NCBI GenBank assembly: GCA_963802945.1
Contig: CAWDKY010000015.1
Coordinates: forward strand, 320,001 to 384,000
Direction: 5' to 3'
From: an uncultured delta proteobacterium
GTDB taxonomy: Bacteria; Desulfobacterota; RBG-13-43-22
Length of the DNA: 64,000 nt
Position numbers and translations under genes: made by a program. This document shows positions 39,757 through 49,342 of this stretch, in pieces. The notes beneath the pieces are model-generated. The model was not told where the DNA came from. It saw only the letters and a list, made by a program, of their open reading frames with translations, and did no database searches. Within the stretch, counting starts at the first letter, position 1. The number at the start of each line of letters is the position of its first letter.

Positions 39757-40856
39757 TTAAGCCTTCCGTCCTCCGACACCCTTAGTGCTCTTGGTAACGG
39801 TTTTGGCCTTCTCTTTGGGCCGCAAGGCTCGAACGGCAGCACCGGTCCGCCACATCTCGGAGTTACGCATTTGGCCTAATTCTTTGGCCAAGAGCGCCTG
39901 ATAGTTCTTCCCACCGCAGCTCTTAATAACCCGTTCGGCTTCTTGGCCCGATGCAACGCGTTGGTATAGTACCTTGAATATCGGGGCAACGGCCTTTTTA
40001 AATTTCGGTTTCCAATCCAAGGCCCCGCGCTGTGCGGTGGCCGAGCAGTTGGAGTACATCCAATCCATGCCGTTTTCATCCACCAGTCGGATGAGACTCT
40101 GGGTGAGTTCTTCAACGGTTTCATTGAAGGCCTCGCTGGGGGAGTGACCATGCTTACGAAGTTCGTCGTACTGCGCCTCCATGACACCGGCCAAGCAGCC
40201 CATGAGTACACCCCTCGTTCGCCGACCAGATCGCTGTTGGTTTCGTGTGGGAAGGTCGTTGGGAACAGGTAGCCCGATCCAATGGCAATGCCGATGGCCA
40301 GGCAGCGTTTTTCGGCATTGCCGGTGGCGTCCTGCCAAACGGCATAGCTGGAGTTGATACCGGCCCCGGAAAGAAAATTTCGGCGGACATTGAGGCCGGA
40401 GCCTTTTGGAGCCACCATGATGACATCCACATTCTTCGGAGGCACCACCCCGGATTTCTTTTTATAAGTAATAGAAAACCCATGCGAGAAATAGAGGGCT
40501 TTGCCCGCCTTGAGATTGGCCTTGATAATCGGCCAGATCGCTCTTTGGGCGGCATCGGAGACCAGCATCTGGATGATCGTACCCCGTTTCGCCGCTTCTT
40601 CAATGGAAAAAAGGGTCTTACCGGGAACCCAGCCGTCGGCGACAGCACGGTCCCAGTCTCTTTTGAACTCACGGGCTTGACCGACGATGACATTGAAGCC
40701 GTTGTCTTTCATGTTTAGGGCCTGTGCGGGTCCCTGGACGCCGTAACCGATAACGGCGATAACTTCCTTCTTCAACACCTGGCGGGCCTTGGCCAAGGAA
40801 AATTCCTTTCGTGTCACCACGGTCTCCCGGACTCCGCCAAAATTAATCTTTGCCAT
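39757..40856 (-). CDS. ilvC: Ketol-acid reductoisomerase, frameshift near 40212
   Basis: VIGYGVQG, LYFSHGF, VAPKGSG, SDLVGERGVLMG across the G-run, SEAFNETVEE, NCSATAQRGA. Confidence 0.93.
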
Positions 40857-41258
40857 AGTTTGCTATTCCTCCTTTTTAAATATGTCGAGTTATTACTTCG
40901 TCACCTATTCTTTCTGTTTTGAGATTATAGAATCAAACGGCCTATCTGTCAAATCCTTATCGGCACAACAAAGAATACATAAGGATTCAGGGGGCCAAGA
41001 AAAGGTTCAAGGTAAACCCTAAACCGTATACCGTCTTCCTTATACCAGCGGTTTATTTGAATCCTGGAATCCTCGAGCCCTATTTTAGTTATAAATACTT
41101 ATTGACTTCAGGGAAAGAGTTTAGTAACGATTTTCTATAAATCCAAAAAGACAAGCCATGAGAAACCGGAAGGTCATTGTCTTGGCCACTGCCAGAAACT
41201 CTTTTTACCGGAAAATAACTAACAAGAATCCACAAACAAATATTGAAAGGATCGGCCT

Positions 41259-42515
41259 ATGAACTTTTCCAATGAATACAATAAGGAACAGAAAGAATTC
41301 GCTAAAGAAGTTCGCACCTGGCTGAAGAATAACGTCCCTAAGGGACTCATCAAGCCCAGGAGTATTATGAAGATAAGCCGCGAACAATGGGAGATGCGAC
41401 GCGATCTGTGCCGCAAACTCGGAGAGAAAGGATGGTTGTATCCATCTTATTCACAGGAATACGGGGGGGGCGGCCTTGACGGAGACAAAGCCGCTGTTCT
41501 GTATATTGAGATGGCCAAACAGGAGTTGAGCCTTCCCCCTGTATACGACTCAGGCAAACTGGCGGCACCGACCTTAATGGCCTGTGCAACGGATGAGCAA
41601 AAAAAACGTCTGCTTCCGCCCATACTCAAAGGCGAAGCGATCACCTGGCAGCTTTTCACCGAACCGGAGGCCGGTACGGACGAAGCTAACCAGCAGACCA
41701 ATGCCCTGCGCTCAGTCCAAGAAAAAGATTATTTCATCGTCAACGGCAGTAAAATATTTGTCGGTGGGCTTTACGCCCCACCCGATCAATTTTTGCTTCT
41801 AACCCGAAGCAGTCTTGAAGCACCCAGGCATCAGAACCTGGCCATGTTTCTGGCCCCGGCCAATTTGACCGGTATTCAAATTTATCCGCTTGATCTTTTC
41901 CCAGAGGGCACGCTTGCCCAGGTCTGTTATCAATCCGCGGACAGCGCGCCGGGGGTCAAACATTCCGTATTTTTTGAAGATGTCAAGGTCCATGAATCCT
42001 ACCTGATCGGCGGGGATCAGGACGGCTGGAAAGTCACCAACGCTACCTTGACGGTTGAACATGGAGACAGGGATAGCGACCATGCCGGTACCGGCGCCGC
42101 CTTTATTCCCCAAAATCACCTGGTGGAAAAATTTCTTGACCAGTGCAAAAACAATCCGGAAATAAAGAGCCGGTTACTGGAAAATCCTCATTTGCAAGGG
42201 GACATGGTGGAGGCCTATATTGGCGGTCAGATAGAGAGACTTTTTTATATGCGAAACGCCGGTTTGCCCAGGGCCGGGAGGCGCGCCGCTTATGCGGGAC
42301 CACAAACCAGCTTGTTTACAAAAAATTTCGGCTTAAACATGACGAGTTACCTGTCCCAGGTTCTCGGTCCCTATACTCTGACCAGCGATGAGGAGTGGGG
42401 TCTGGAGGACGGCCTTTTTGAAGTCTGCGCACGAAGCGGCCTTTGTCTGGCACCGGGCGGCACCCCTGAGGCCTTGAAAATCATCATATCCCGGGCCTTG
42501 CGTATCGGAAGGTAG
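41259..42515 (+). CDS. Acyl-CoA dehydrogenase (catalytic-type subunit, divergent)
   Basis: QEYGGGG, WQLFTEPEAGTD, VNGSKIF, VFFEDV, PGGTPEALK. Confidence 0.88.
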   Translation: MNFSNEYNKEQKEFAKEVRTWLKNNVPKGLIKPRSIMKISREQWEMRRDLCRKLGEKGWLYPSYSQEYGGGGLDGDKAAVLYIEMAKQELSLPPVYDSGKLAAPTLMACATDEQKKRLLPPILKGEAITWQLFTEPEAGTDEANQQTNALRSVQEKDYFIVNGSKIFVGGLYAPPDQFLLLTRSSLEAPRHQNLAMFLAPANLTGIQIYPLDLFPEGTLAQVCYQSADSAPGVKHSVFFEDVKVHESYLIGGDQDGWKVTNATLTVEHGDRDSDHAGTGAAFIPQNHLVEKFLDQCKNNPEIKSRLLENPHLQGDMVEAYIGGQIERLFYMRNAGLPRAGRRAAYAGPQTSLFTKNFGLNMTSYLSQVLGPYTLTSDEEWGLEDGLFEVCARSGLCLAPGGTPEALKIIISRALRIGR

Positions 42516-42564
42516 ACGGTAGCTGGTATCCAAATATTAACAGGATGTGGAAAAACTCTTTTTT

Positions 42565-42721
42565 ACAGGTTGCTCAAAAAGGTTCAAATACAAGGCGTCC
42601 CGAAACCGGGAACCCGCCCCGAAGGGGTGGGACTGAGCGTTGCCCTTTAGGCGAAGAAATCCCGAGGAATGAGGACAATCCCGCCATTGGCGGGATTGAT
42701 GGGCCTTTTTCAGCAACCTGT
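42565..42721. mobile_element. MITE-like element with terminal inverted repeats and nested palindromes
   Basis: ACAGGTTGCTCAAAAAGG ... CCTTTTTCAGCAACCTGT (18 bp, 1 mismatch); internal CCCGCCCCGAAGGGGTGGG and CAATCCCGCCATTGGCGGGATTG. Confidence 0.7.
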
Positions 42722-42758
42722 TGACGGAGCAAACCTTTTCAATAAGAGGAGATGACCT

Positions 42759-43889
42759 ATGAACTTGGATTTTAGGCTTAACGAAATGGAAGAAATACTT
42801 AAAACAACAACCGTTAATTTTCTAAAACGGGATATCAATAAACAAACCCTGGAAGCTTTGCATGACTCCGACACCGGATACAACGAGGGTATCTGGCAAA
42901 AAGTCTGCGATATGGGCTGGCTGGGGATCATCACCCCTAAGAAGTATGGGGGGACAGGGTATCCCTTGACCACTGCCGGGGTCTTATTCGAAACCCTGGG
43001 GACCGCCCCCTTGCCCGGACCTTATTTTTCCTCCGGCATACTGGGGAGTCTGATCATCCAGGAAGCCGGAACAGCAGAACAAAAAAAGGCCATTTTACCC
43101 AAGATTGTCACTGGAACCCTGGTCCCAGCCTTGGTCATGACCGAATCCGTAAACGGTTGGGGTGCTGGGCCGGGGAAAATCAGCGCCGAGAAAAAAGGGA
43201 AGGATTATTTAATAAAGGGGAATAAATTGTTTACTCCCGAAGCCATGTCGGCCACCCATCTGATTGTGCCGATCCGGACCGGGAAAAAAATCGATTCCGT
43301 TTCCCTTTTTCTGGTGGACAAAAAGGCGGCTGGTGTTTCCATACGGCCACTGCCGGGTTATTTGATCGGCAGGGCCTTTGAAGTCAAGTTGGACTCGGTG
43401 AAAGTTCCGCCATCGGCTTTGTTGGGGGAAAAGGATAAAGGAGGAGCCGCCTTGATGAAGGCCATCCAGAAATCCATACCCGTGCTTTGCGCCTATCAGG
43501 TCGGGGGTTGTCGGGCGGTTTTCGAGATAGCCGTGGAACACAGCCGCGTCAGGGTTCAATTTGGCCAGGCCATTGGTCGTTTTCAACGGGTCCAAGATAT
43601 GATCATTGAGATCATCAATCAGGTCGAAGCCGCCCGCTGGACCACCTATGAGGCCCTGTGGAAACTGGATACCAAGGGGCTTGTTCCGGAAAGCATTCAT
43701 CTGGCCAAAGCCGTGGCTAGTGAGGCCTATTGGCAAGCCTGCAATTTTGCCCATCGGGCCATCAGCGGCATCAGTTATTCCATGGAGCATCCCTTGAGCC
43801 TGCATACCAGGGCCTCCCGATATCTTTACAATTATCTGGGTGAGCCGGCTTATCACAAACAGCAGTTGGCCAAATTTTTATTACAATGA
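42759..43889 (+). CDS. Acyl-CoA dehydrogenase (partner-type subunit)
   Basis: PKKYGG, IKGNKLF, RVQFGQAIGRFQRVQ. Confidence 0.88.
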   Translation: MNLDFRLNEMEEILKTTTVNFLKRDINKQTLEALHDSDTGYNEGIWQKVCDMGWLGIITPKKYGGTGYPLTTAGVLFETLGTAPLPGPYFSSGILGSLIIQEAGTAEQKKAILPKIVTGTLVPALVMTESVNGWGAGPGKISAEKKGKDYLIKGNKLFTPEAMSATHLIVPIRTGKKIDSVSLFLVDKKAAGVSIRPLPGYLIGRAFEVKLDSVKVPPSALLGEKDKGGAALMKAIQKSIPVLCAYQVGGCRAVFEIAVEHSRVRVQFGQAIGRFQRVQDMIIEIINQVEAARWTTYEALWKLDTKGLVPESIHLAKAVASEAYWQACNFAHRAISGISYSMEHPLSLHTRASRYLYNYLGEPAYHKQQLAKFLLQ

Positions 43890-44037
43890 TGAGATCTCCT
43901 GGCCGCCAGCCATTGTAAGACATCGAAGCCCTTTTCTTTCCGGTTGTCGGTGAACCGGCAGATTGAAATCGATCCAGGCGACGAGGGGTTGAATCTATTT
44001 GTTGAGCATTGCAGAAATTTTGAAGAGGAATTAGTTA

Positions 44038-44859
44038 TTGCCTGGTTCGACGATTTATCCGGTTCACCTCTGCCAACCGGATTCACAAAAGTCCTGTGGG
44101 GCCTGCTGCGGTCTTTATAATTTTCAAGATCACTCCCGGGCAGCAGTGACGTCCTTATTGGAAAAAAGGACGCATCTTTTGCATTCATTCCAAGGAGGGA
44201 TTCCTTTCGAGGAATATGTCCAAAAAGCCGCCTCTCTTGCCCGAAGCCCAAAGCTATTTGAGGTGATCCATAATTGTGATTATCTCGGTTTTTTGGATCT
44301 GGACCAGAAAAAAGTAGGTTGCCTTCTCCACCCTTCGGGCCATCAAGGTCAGGACCTCCGCCGGCACTCCTTTTATGGAGCCGAATTATGCGCCGGTCAT
44401 TATTGCCCGAGCTATTCTTACTTGGATTCTATCGAGCAGAGAGCGGTCATTGCCGTTCTTCAGAATTGGTATTTGTACGGTCTGGTGATCACCGACATCG
44501 ACCTGGTTAAGGAATTCTTTCACCATACCCAGACTCGTCTTGGGGAAAGTATTCGCCTGGAACGATTTGAGAATGAGGCCGTACGGAATGCTCTTGTGGA
44601 CTTTTTTAGACTGAAAGAAGATTGGCCCTATGCCTCGGCTGAAAATCGGTTGGGTAAATATTATTTCTCTTATTCGGAATACCAGATTGCCCGAATCGAG
44701 TATGAAAAAAAATGGGGGATAAAACCGTCCCGGTTCGACAAGATTCTGGTAAGCCTGTCTTCAGAATTTTCCTCTCTTGAGGATGTCAAGAGAGCCGAGG
44801 AAATCCTAGAAGAAAAAATACAAAATTTCGTGAAGGCCTATCAGGAGATGAACCTCTGA
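44038..44859 (+). CDS. Cys-rich hypothetical protein (putative metal/FeS-binding)
   Basis: KSCGACCGLYN, NCDYLG, GCLLHP, LCAGHYCP. Confidence 0.7.
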   Translation: MPGSTIYPVHLCQPDSQKSCGACCGLYNFQDHSRAAVTSLLEKRTHLLHSFQGGIPFEEYVQKAASLARSPKLFEVIHNCDYLGFLDLDQKKVGCLLHPSGHQGQDLRRHSFYGAELCAGHYCPSYSYLDSIEQRAVIAVLQNWYLYGLVITDIDLVKEFFHHTQTRLGESIRLERFENEAVRNALVDFFRLKEDWPYASAENRLGKYYFSYSEYQIARIEYEKKWGIKPSRFDKILVSLSSEFSSLEDVKRAEEILEEKIQNFVKAYQEMNL

Positions 44860-44872
44860 TTTAAAGGACTCG

Positions 44873-45862
44873 CTAGATCTTGAGAACGATTTTTCCGAAT
44901 TGGACATTAGAAGCCATATAAGCGTGCGCATCCGCCGCCTGATCCAAAGAAAATATTCGGTCGATGACTGGTTTCAACCGGCCATCAGCCAGGGACGGGA
45001 GCAGATCATCGATGACTTGACGGGCGATTTCGATCCGTTCGGAAAGGGTTCTGGTACGGAAGGTGACACCGATAAGCTCCAGTTGTTTCAGGGCCAGGAG
45101 ATCCATATTCAGTTGACCGATTTCCCCTCCCAGCCTGCCGACACTGACCAGACGGCCTTTCAAGGCCAGGCATTTCAGATTATCTTTCAAGTGGGGACCG
45201 CCCACATGATCGATAATCAAGTTAACGCCTTTTCCTCCCATGGTCGAGAGAACAGCCTCCTTAAAATTATCTAACCGGTAATTGATGCCCACATCCATCC
45301 CCAGATTGCTAAGGGCAGCCAGTTTTTCTTGGGAGCCCGCCAGGCCGATAACCGGTTTTGCGCCCCATAATTTGGCAATCTGAACAGCGGCTACCCCAAC
45401 ACCCGATGAGGCTCCATTGATCAACACAGATTCGCCAGCCTGAAGACGGCCGTTGGTGATCAGGGCATTGTATTCGGTCATGTAGGAAACGGGTATCGTT
45501 GCGGCTTCTTCCCAGTTTAGCCTCTCCGGCTTAGGCATGGCCAGGTGTTGATGGATAGTGGTGAATTCGGCATATCCTCCATTACACATACCCATAACGC
45601 GGTCACCGATGGCGAAACCGGCTACATCCTTTCCAATCTCAGTAACGATCCCGGCGGCTTCTCCTCCGACAATTTCCGGTTGACCTTCTGCCGGTGCCGC
45701 TGCCGTTTGGTATGTTCCTTGTACACGAAAAAGGTCAGCACGGTTCAAGGCCGCGGCTTTCACCTCGATTAACAAATCTTGCGGACGCGGCTTTGGCCTT
45801 GGGACATCTTGCAAGGCTATGGTCCCACCTTGTTCTCCCCTGATAATGACAATGGCTTTCAT
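44873..45862 (-). CDS. NAD(P)H:quinone oxidoreductase (zinc-free MDR family)
   Basis: AALNRAD, GGEAAG, GGYAE, NGASSGVG, FGKIVL. Confidence 0.9.
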   Translation of the reverse strand: MKAIVIIRGEQGGTIALQDVPRPKPRPQDLLIEVKAAALNRADLFRVQGTYQTAAAPAEGQPEIVGGEAAGIVTEIGKDVAGFAIGDRVMGMCNGGYAEFTTIHQHLAMPKPERLNWEEAATIPVSYMTEYNALITNGRLQAGESVLINGASSGVGVAAVQIAKLWGAKPVIGLAGSQEKLAALSNLGMDVGINYRLDNFKEAVLSTMGGKGVNLIIDHVGGPHLKDNLKCLALKGRLVSVGRLGGEIGQLNMDLLALKQLELIGVTFRTRTLSERIEIARQVIDDLLPSLADGRLKPVIDRIFSLDQAADAHAYMASNVQFGKIVLKI

Positions 45863-46191
45863 GTCTGTCTCCTTTTGGCTGAATACTCGCTTATTTTTAT
45901 ATGAGACTGGAAGTGGCGGATCGAACTGGAAAGAGTATAAAATAACCCTTGAGAGGGAGCAAGGAGAAATAAGCTTCCTGCAAACAATTCAGTGATCGCT
46001 AAAAGTCCCTAAATCCTATTTAGAGAATGCTTTATAAAAAGAAAGCCAGGGACCTGATTCTTTTTGACGAAACCCAAAAGAAACGTTATATAGAAGTTAC
46101 GATAGTGAACCACCTTTTCTATCTATGCGGATAAAACCAACTGTAAATTAAACGGCTCGATGAATACCCATCATCCTTTTCAAGGACAAGT

Positions 46192-46962
46192 ATGAAAGAA
46201 CACCTACCCCCCGCCATGGATGATTACCAGGATTTAAGGAAGCTCTGCCTGGAGTATTCCCTTTCCATCGGCCCTCCCATATTCTACAAGGAGAAAAGAG
46301 ATAGTATCGAATTATCCCGTAATACTTTCGAGGATAATGAGATGGTCCAAAAATGTTTAGAGATAGTGGCAAAAGAGGGGTTTTTCGCCGGCCATGCGGA
46401 GGAACACATCCGCAACGTCGCCATTGAGGCCGGGGCGATTGTTCTGATTGAAGCGGATGGCCTGCCTCCCAATTGTAGAACCGGCCAGAGGCTTTCTTTC
46501 CTGGCCCACATCGCCGGGGTCCTTCATGACATCAAAAGGTCGGAACCCGAACATGCCCGTATCGGTGCCATAGAAGCCGGGAAGATTCTTGAGAATCTCA
46601 ATTTTAAAGAGACCGAACGCCGTATGATCGTGACGGCCATTGCCAACCACGAGGCCTTTCAGGCACCTGAAGCCCTTGCTTCTCCAGAGGCTCAACTTCT
46701 GTCCGATGCCCTTTATGATGCCGATAAATTTAGATGGGGTCCGGAAAACTTCACTGATACCCTCTGGTCCATGCTGGCTTTGCGAAAGAGTGAAAACATC
46801 CCCCAGCTTTTCGCCCGATTTCCCAAAAGCATGGAAGGCATTGAACGGATAAAGGAAACCTTTCGTACCCACACCGGTAAGGTCTACGGTCCGGACTTTA
46901 TTGAACGGGGCATGGAAATAGGCAGGAGGCTTTATGCCCAATATATGGCCAAGGAGGACTAA
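46192..46962 (+). CDS. HD-domain phosphohydrolase
   Basis: GHAEEH, LHDI, EHA, ANHE, YDADK. Confidence 0.85.
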   Translation: MKEHLPPAMDDYQDLRKLCLEYSLSIGPPIFYKEKRDSIELSRNTFEDNEMVQKCLEIVAKEGFFAGHAEEHIRNVAIEAGAIVLIEADGLPPNCRTGQRLSFLAHIAGVLHDIKRSEPEHARIGAIEAGKILENLNFKETERRMIVTAIANHEAFQAPEALASPEAQLLSDALYDADKFRWGPENFTDTLWSMLALRKSENIPQLFARFPKSMEGIERIKETFRTHTGKVYGPDFIERGMEIGRRLYAQYMAKED

Positions 46963-47389
46963 GGGCTGGGACAATTAGGCTAGATCTTATTTTATTCTGA
47001 CCAGTAGTTGGGTTGACAGACAGTGTCCAGATAACTCTTCTAAAGCAATCGTTCCGAAAATTAACGATTACGGATTGAAATGTGCATAAAAAAGCAGATC
47101 CATTTCTAACTCTGTTTTTCATTTTCTATGAGGCAATGTGAAGTTGTTTTTTTAACTACCTTCCAGAACTTGCAAGGCCATTTAATTAAAATTCAAGCGG
47201 AGGGATGGTGACCTCTTGTCCTTGGAACGGTAGATGATATGGGAATCTTCCGGGAGATAGGTCATTCGTTCCTGAGAAAAAGAGGCCCGGATGATAGCTT
47301 TTGTGGTCATAATTCACTTGACACACAAACTCTTTTTTCATATAGTCCAGCCGCAAAAAAGGAAGTTTTTAACCATAAGGAGGATTATT

Positions 47390-48517
47390 TTGGTCATTCT
47401 GGATATGCTTCAGGCCATGGCAAAAGGAACGGGACTCGCTAATTTTACTCTCGCTCATATAATCATGATTTGCGTCGGGGCATTGTTTATCTGGCTTGGA
47501 ATCAAGAATAAATTCGAACCTTTTTTACTGGCGCCACTGGGTATTGGCTGCATTTTAGTCAATGTGCCGGGTACGGGTTTAATGGATCCGGGCGGTTTAC
47601 TGTATTACAACTACCGAGGCATAACCGAGGTGATTTACCCTCCTCTGATATTTCTTGGAGTAGGTGCAATGACCGATTTTGGACCGTTGATCGCCAATCC
47701 CAGTACTATCATTTTGGGAGCGGCGGCTCATTTGGGCATTTTTATTGCCTTGGTTGGAGCAAAACTCATTGGCTTCAATATAGCAGAAGCCTGCGCCATT
47801 GGTATTATCGGAGGCGCCGACGGTCCTATGGCCATATATGTGACAACCAAATTGGCGCCCCATCTCTTGGGACCTGTTGCTGTTGCCGCCTATTCCTATA
47901 TGGCTTTATTACCGGTCATTCAACCGCCGATCATGAAATTACTTGTGCCGGAAAAGGAACGAAAAATAATCATGGCGACCATGAGGCCAGTTTCCAAAAG
48001 AGAAAAGGTGATTTTTCCTGTTATGATGATTTTACTTGTGTTGATTGTCTTGCCGCCCATTGCCCCCCTGATCTCCTGCTTTATGCTGGGAAATATGATC
48101 AGAGAATCTGGAGTTATGAAGAGAGTGGCCGACACGATGGCCGGAGTTTTTCTGGATATTATCACCGTTTTCATTGCCGTGGCCATCGGCACAACCATGA
48201 GCGCAGAAAATTTTGCCAATGTCAAAACATTACAAATTATTATGCTGGGTTTTATTGCCTTCGCCTTCGGCACGGCCAGTGGTCTTTTATGGGGAAGGCT
48301 CTTGTGTTGGGTAACCAAAGGAAAGATTAATCCTCTGATTGGTTCGGCAGGCATCGCCGCCGTGCCCATGGCGGCACGCGTTTCACACAGCGTTGGCATG
48401 CAGGCTAACAAACACAGTTATCTGATTATGCATGCTATGGGACCGAATTTGGCCGGGGTGCTGGGGACTGCTGTTGCCGGGGGAATTATGTTGACTTTGC
48501 TGGGGGTGATTAAATGA
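47390..48517 (+). CDS. oadB: Na+-translocating decarboxylase beta subunit
   Basis: YPPLIFLGVGAMTDFGP, IGIIGGADGP, AAYSYMAL, INPLIG, VPMAARV, HAMGPN; TTG start after AAGGAGG. Confidence 0.93.
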   Translation: MVILDMLQAMAKGTGLANFTLAHIIMICVGALFIWLGIKNKFEPFLLAPLGIGCILVNVPGTGLMDPGGLLYYNYRGITEVIYPPLIFLGVGAMTDFGPLIANPSTIILGAAAHLGIFIALVGAKLIGFNIAEACAIGIIGGADGPMAIYVTTKLAPHLLGPVAVAAYSYMALLPVIQPPIMKLLVPEKERKIIMATMRPVSKREKVIFPVMMILLVLIVLPPIAPLISCFMLGNMIRESGVMKRVADTMAGVFLDIITVFIAVAIGTTMSAENFANVKTLQIIMLGFIAFAFGTASGLLWGRLLCWVTKGKINPLIGSAGIAAVPMAARVSHSVGMQANKHSYLIMHAMGPNLAGVLGTAVAGGIMLTLLGVIK

Positions 48518-48663
48518 GTATCATTCAAGACACCATTACTGGAGCATTAATGCTGAGTATTTTTGATTTTATTGCTTGCTTTTTTGTTCTATATTTTATC
48601 GGTATTTTTATTAAGATTCTCCCATTTCTTAAGAGAAAAAAGAAGGATGATGTGCGAGTGTAA
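48514..48663 (+). CDS. 49-aa single-pass membrane protein (OadG/delta-like), below the ORF-track cutoff
   Basis: ATGA overlap with oadB; MSIIQDTITGALMLSIFDFIACFFVLYFIGIFIKILPFLKRKKKDDVRV. Confidence 0.65.
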   Translation: MSIIQDTITGALMLSIFDFIACFFVLYFIGIFIKILPFLKRKKKDDVRV

Positions 48664-48821
48664 ATATTTCAGACCATCCTCCTGATCCTGTTTCCAAAGG
48701 TCGTCCTTTATCTCCCCAATCTATTGAAATAGAATACAGCAGTATAAGCTTAAAAATTATACCGTCTCGCCGGATCGATCCAATTCCTCTGGCCATTGGA
48801 GTACCCGGATAAAGGCTTATC

Positions 48822-49019
48822 CTATTCTTTTTTATCAGTCGTGTCTTTTTCAATTTCTTTGGGTTTAGGCGGTGGCTCTTCTTCTTGTCCTGAGATACCC
48901 TTTTTAAACTCCTGGATTCCTTTCCCCAAGCCTTTCCCAATTTCTGGTAATTTTTTAGCCCCAAAGATAAAAGCGGCTATTATCAAAATAACTATTAAAT
49001 CTTGATTTATACCGATCAT
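48822..49019 (-). CDS. tatA: Twin-arginine translocase TatA
   Basis: TM followed by [23 protein letters not shown]. Confidence 0.92.
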   Translation of the reverse strand: MIGINQDLIVILIIAAFIFGAKKLPEIGKGLGKGIQEFKKGISGQEEEPPPKPKEIEKDTTDKKE

Positions 49020-49342
49020 AACTACCTGCCTTCCTTGTTACCCATTTTATTATAAAAAGATTAAGTTAACCCCTTGTTTGTCTTCCAATAAATATACTTA
49101 TCCTGCTTAGCCCTTAATATGGATTACAAATGGTAGTATACACCATTTTCAAACTTTTTAGAAATGAGAACTTTAGGAAGAAGTCGTTATCAAACTTGAC
49201 ATTGCCTGTATATTCAAATCCTGACTTTCACAGCTAAATAAAACCGAAATAAGATTCAAGACCCGCGATCTCACGACCCTTTACGATTCCCTTTGAAGCT
49301 CTACACCCCCTGTTTTCAAGGAGCTTTTGACATAAAACCTTG

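Noticed and set aside
35941-40220. Programmed ribosomal frameshifting to explain split genes
   Set aside because: No canonical slippery heptamers or stimulatory structures, mixed shift directions, and three shifts in one gene; sequencing error is more parsimonious.
47150-47390. Na+ or other riboswitch upstream of oadB
   Set aside because: The leader is long and the context is plausible, but I cannot match a consensus or see an expression platform; an Rfam scan is needed.
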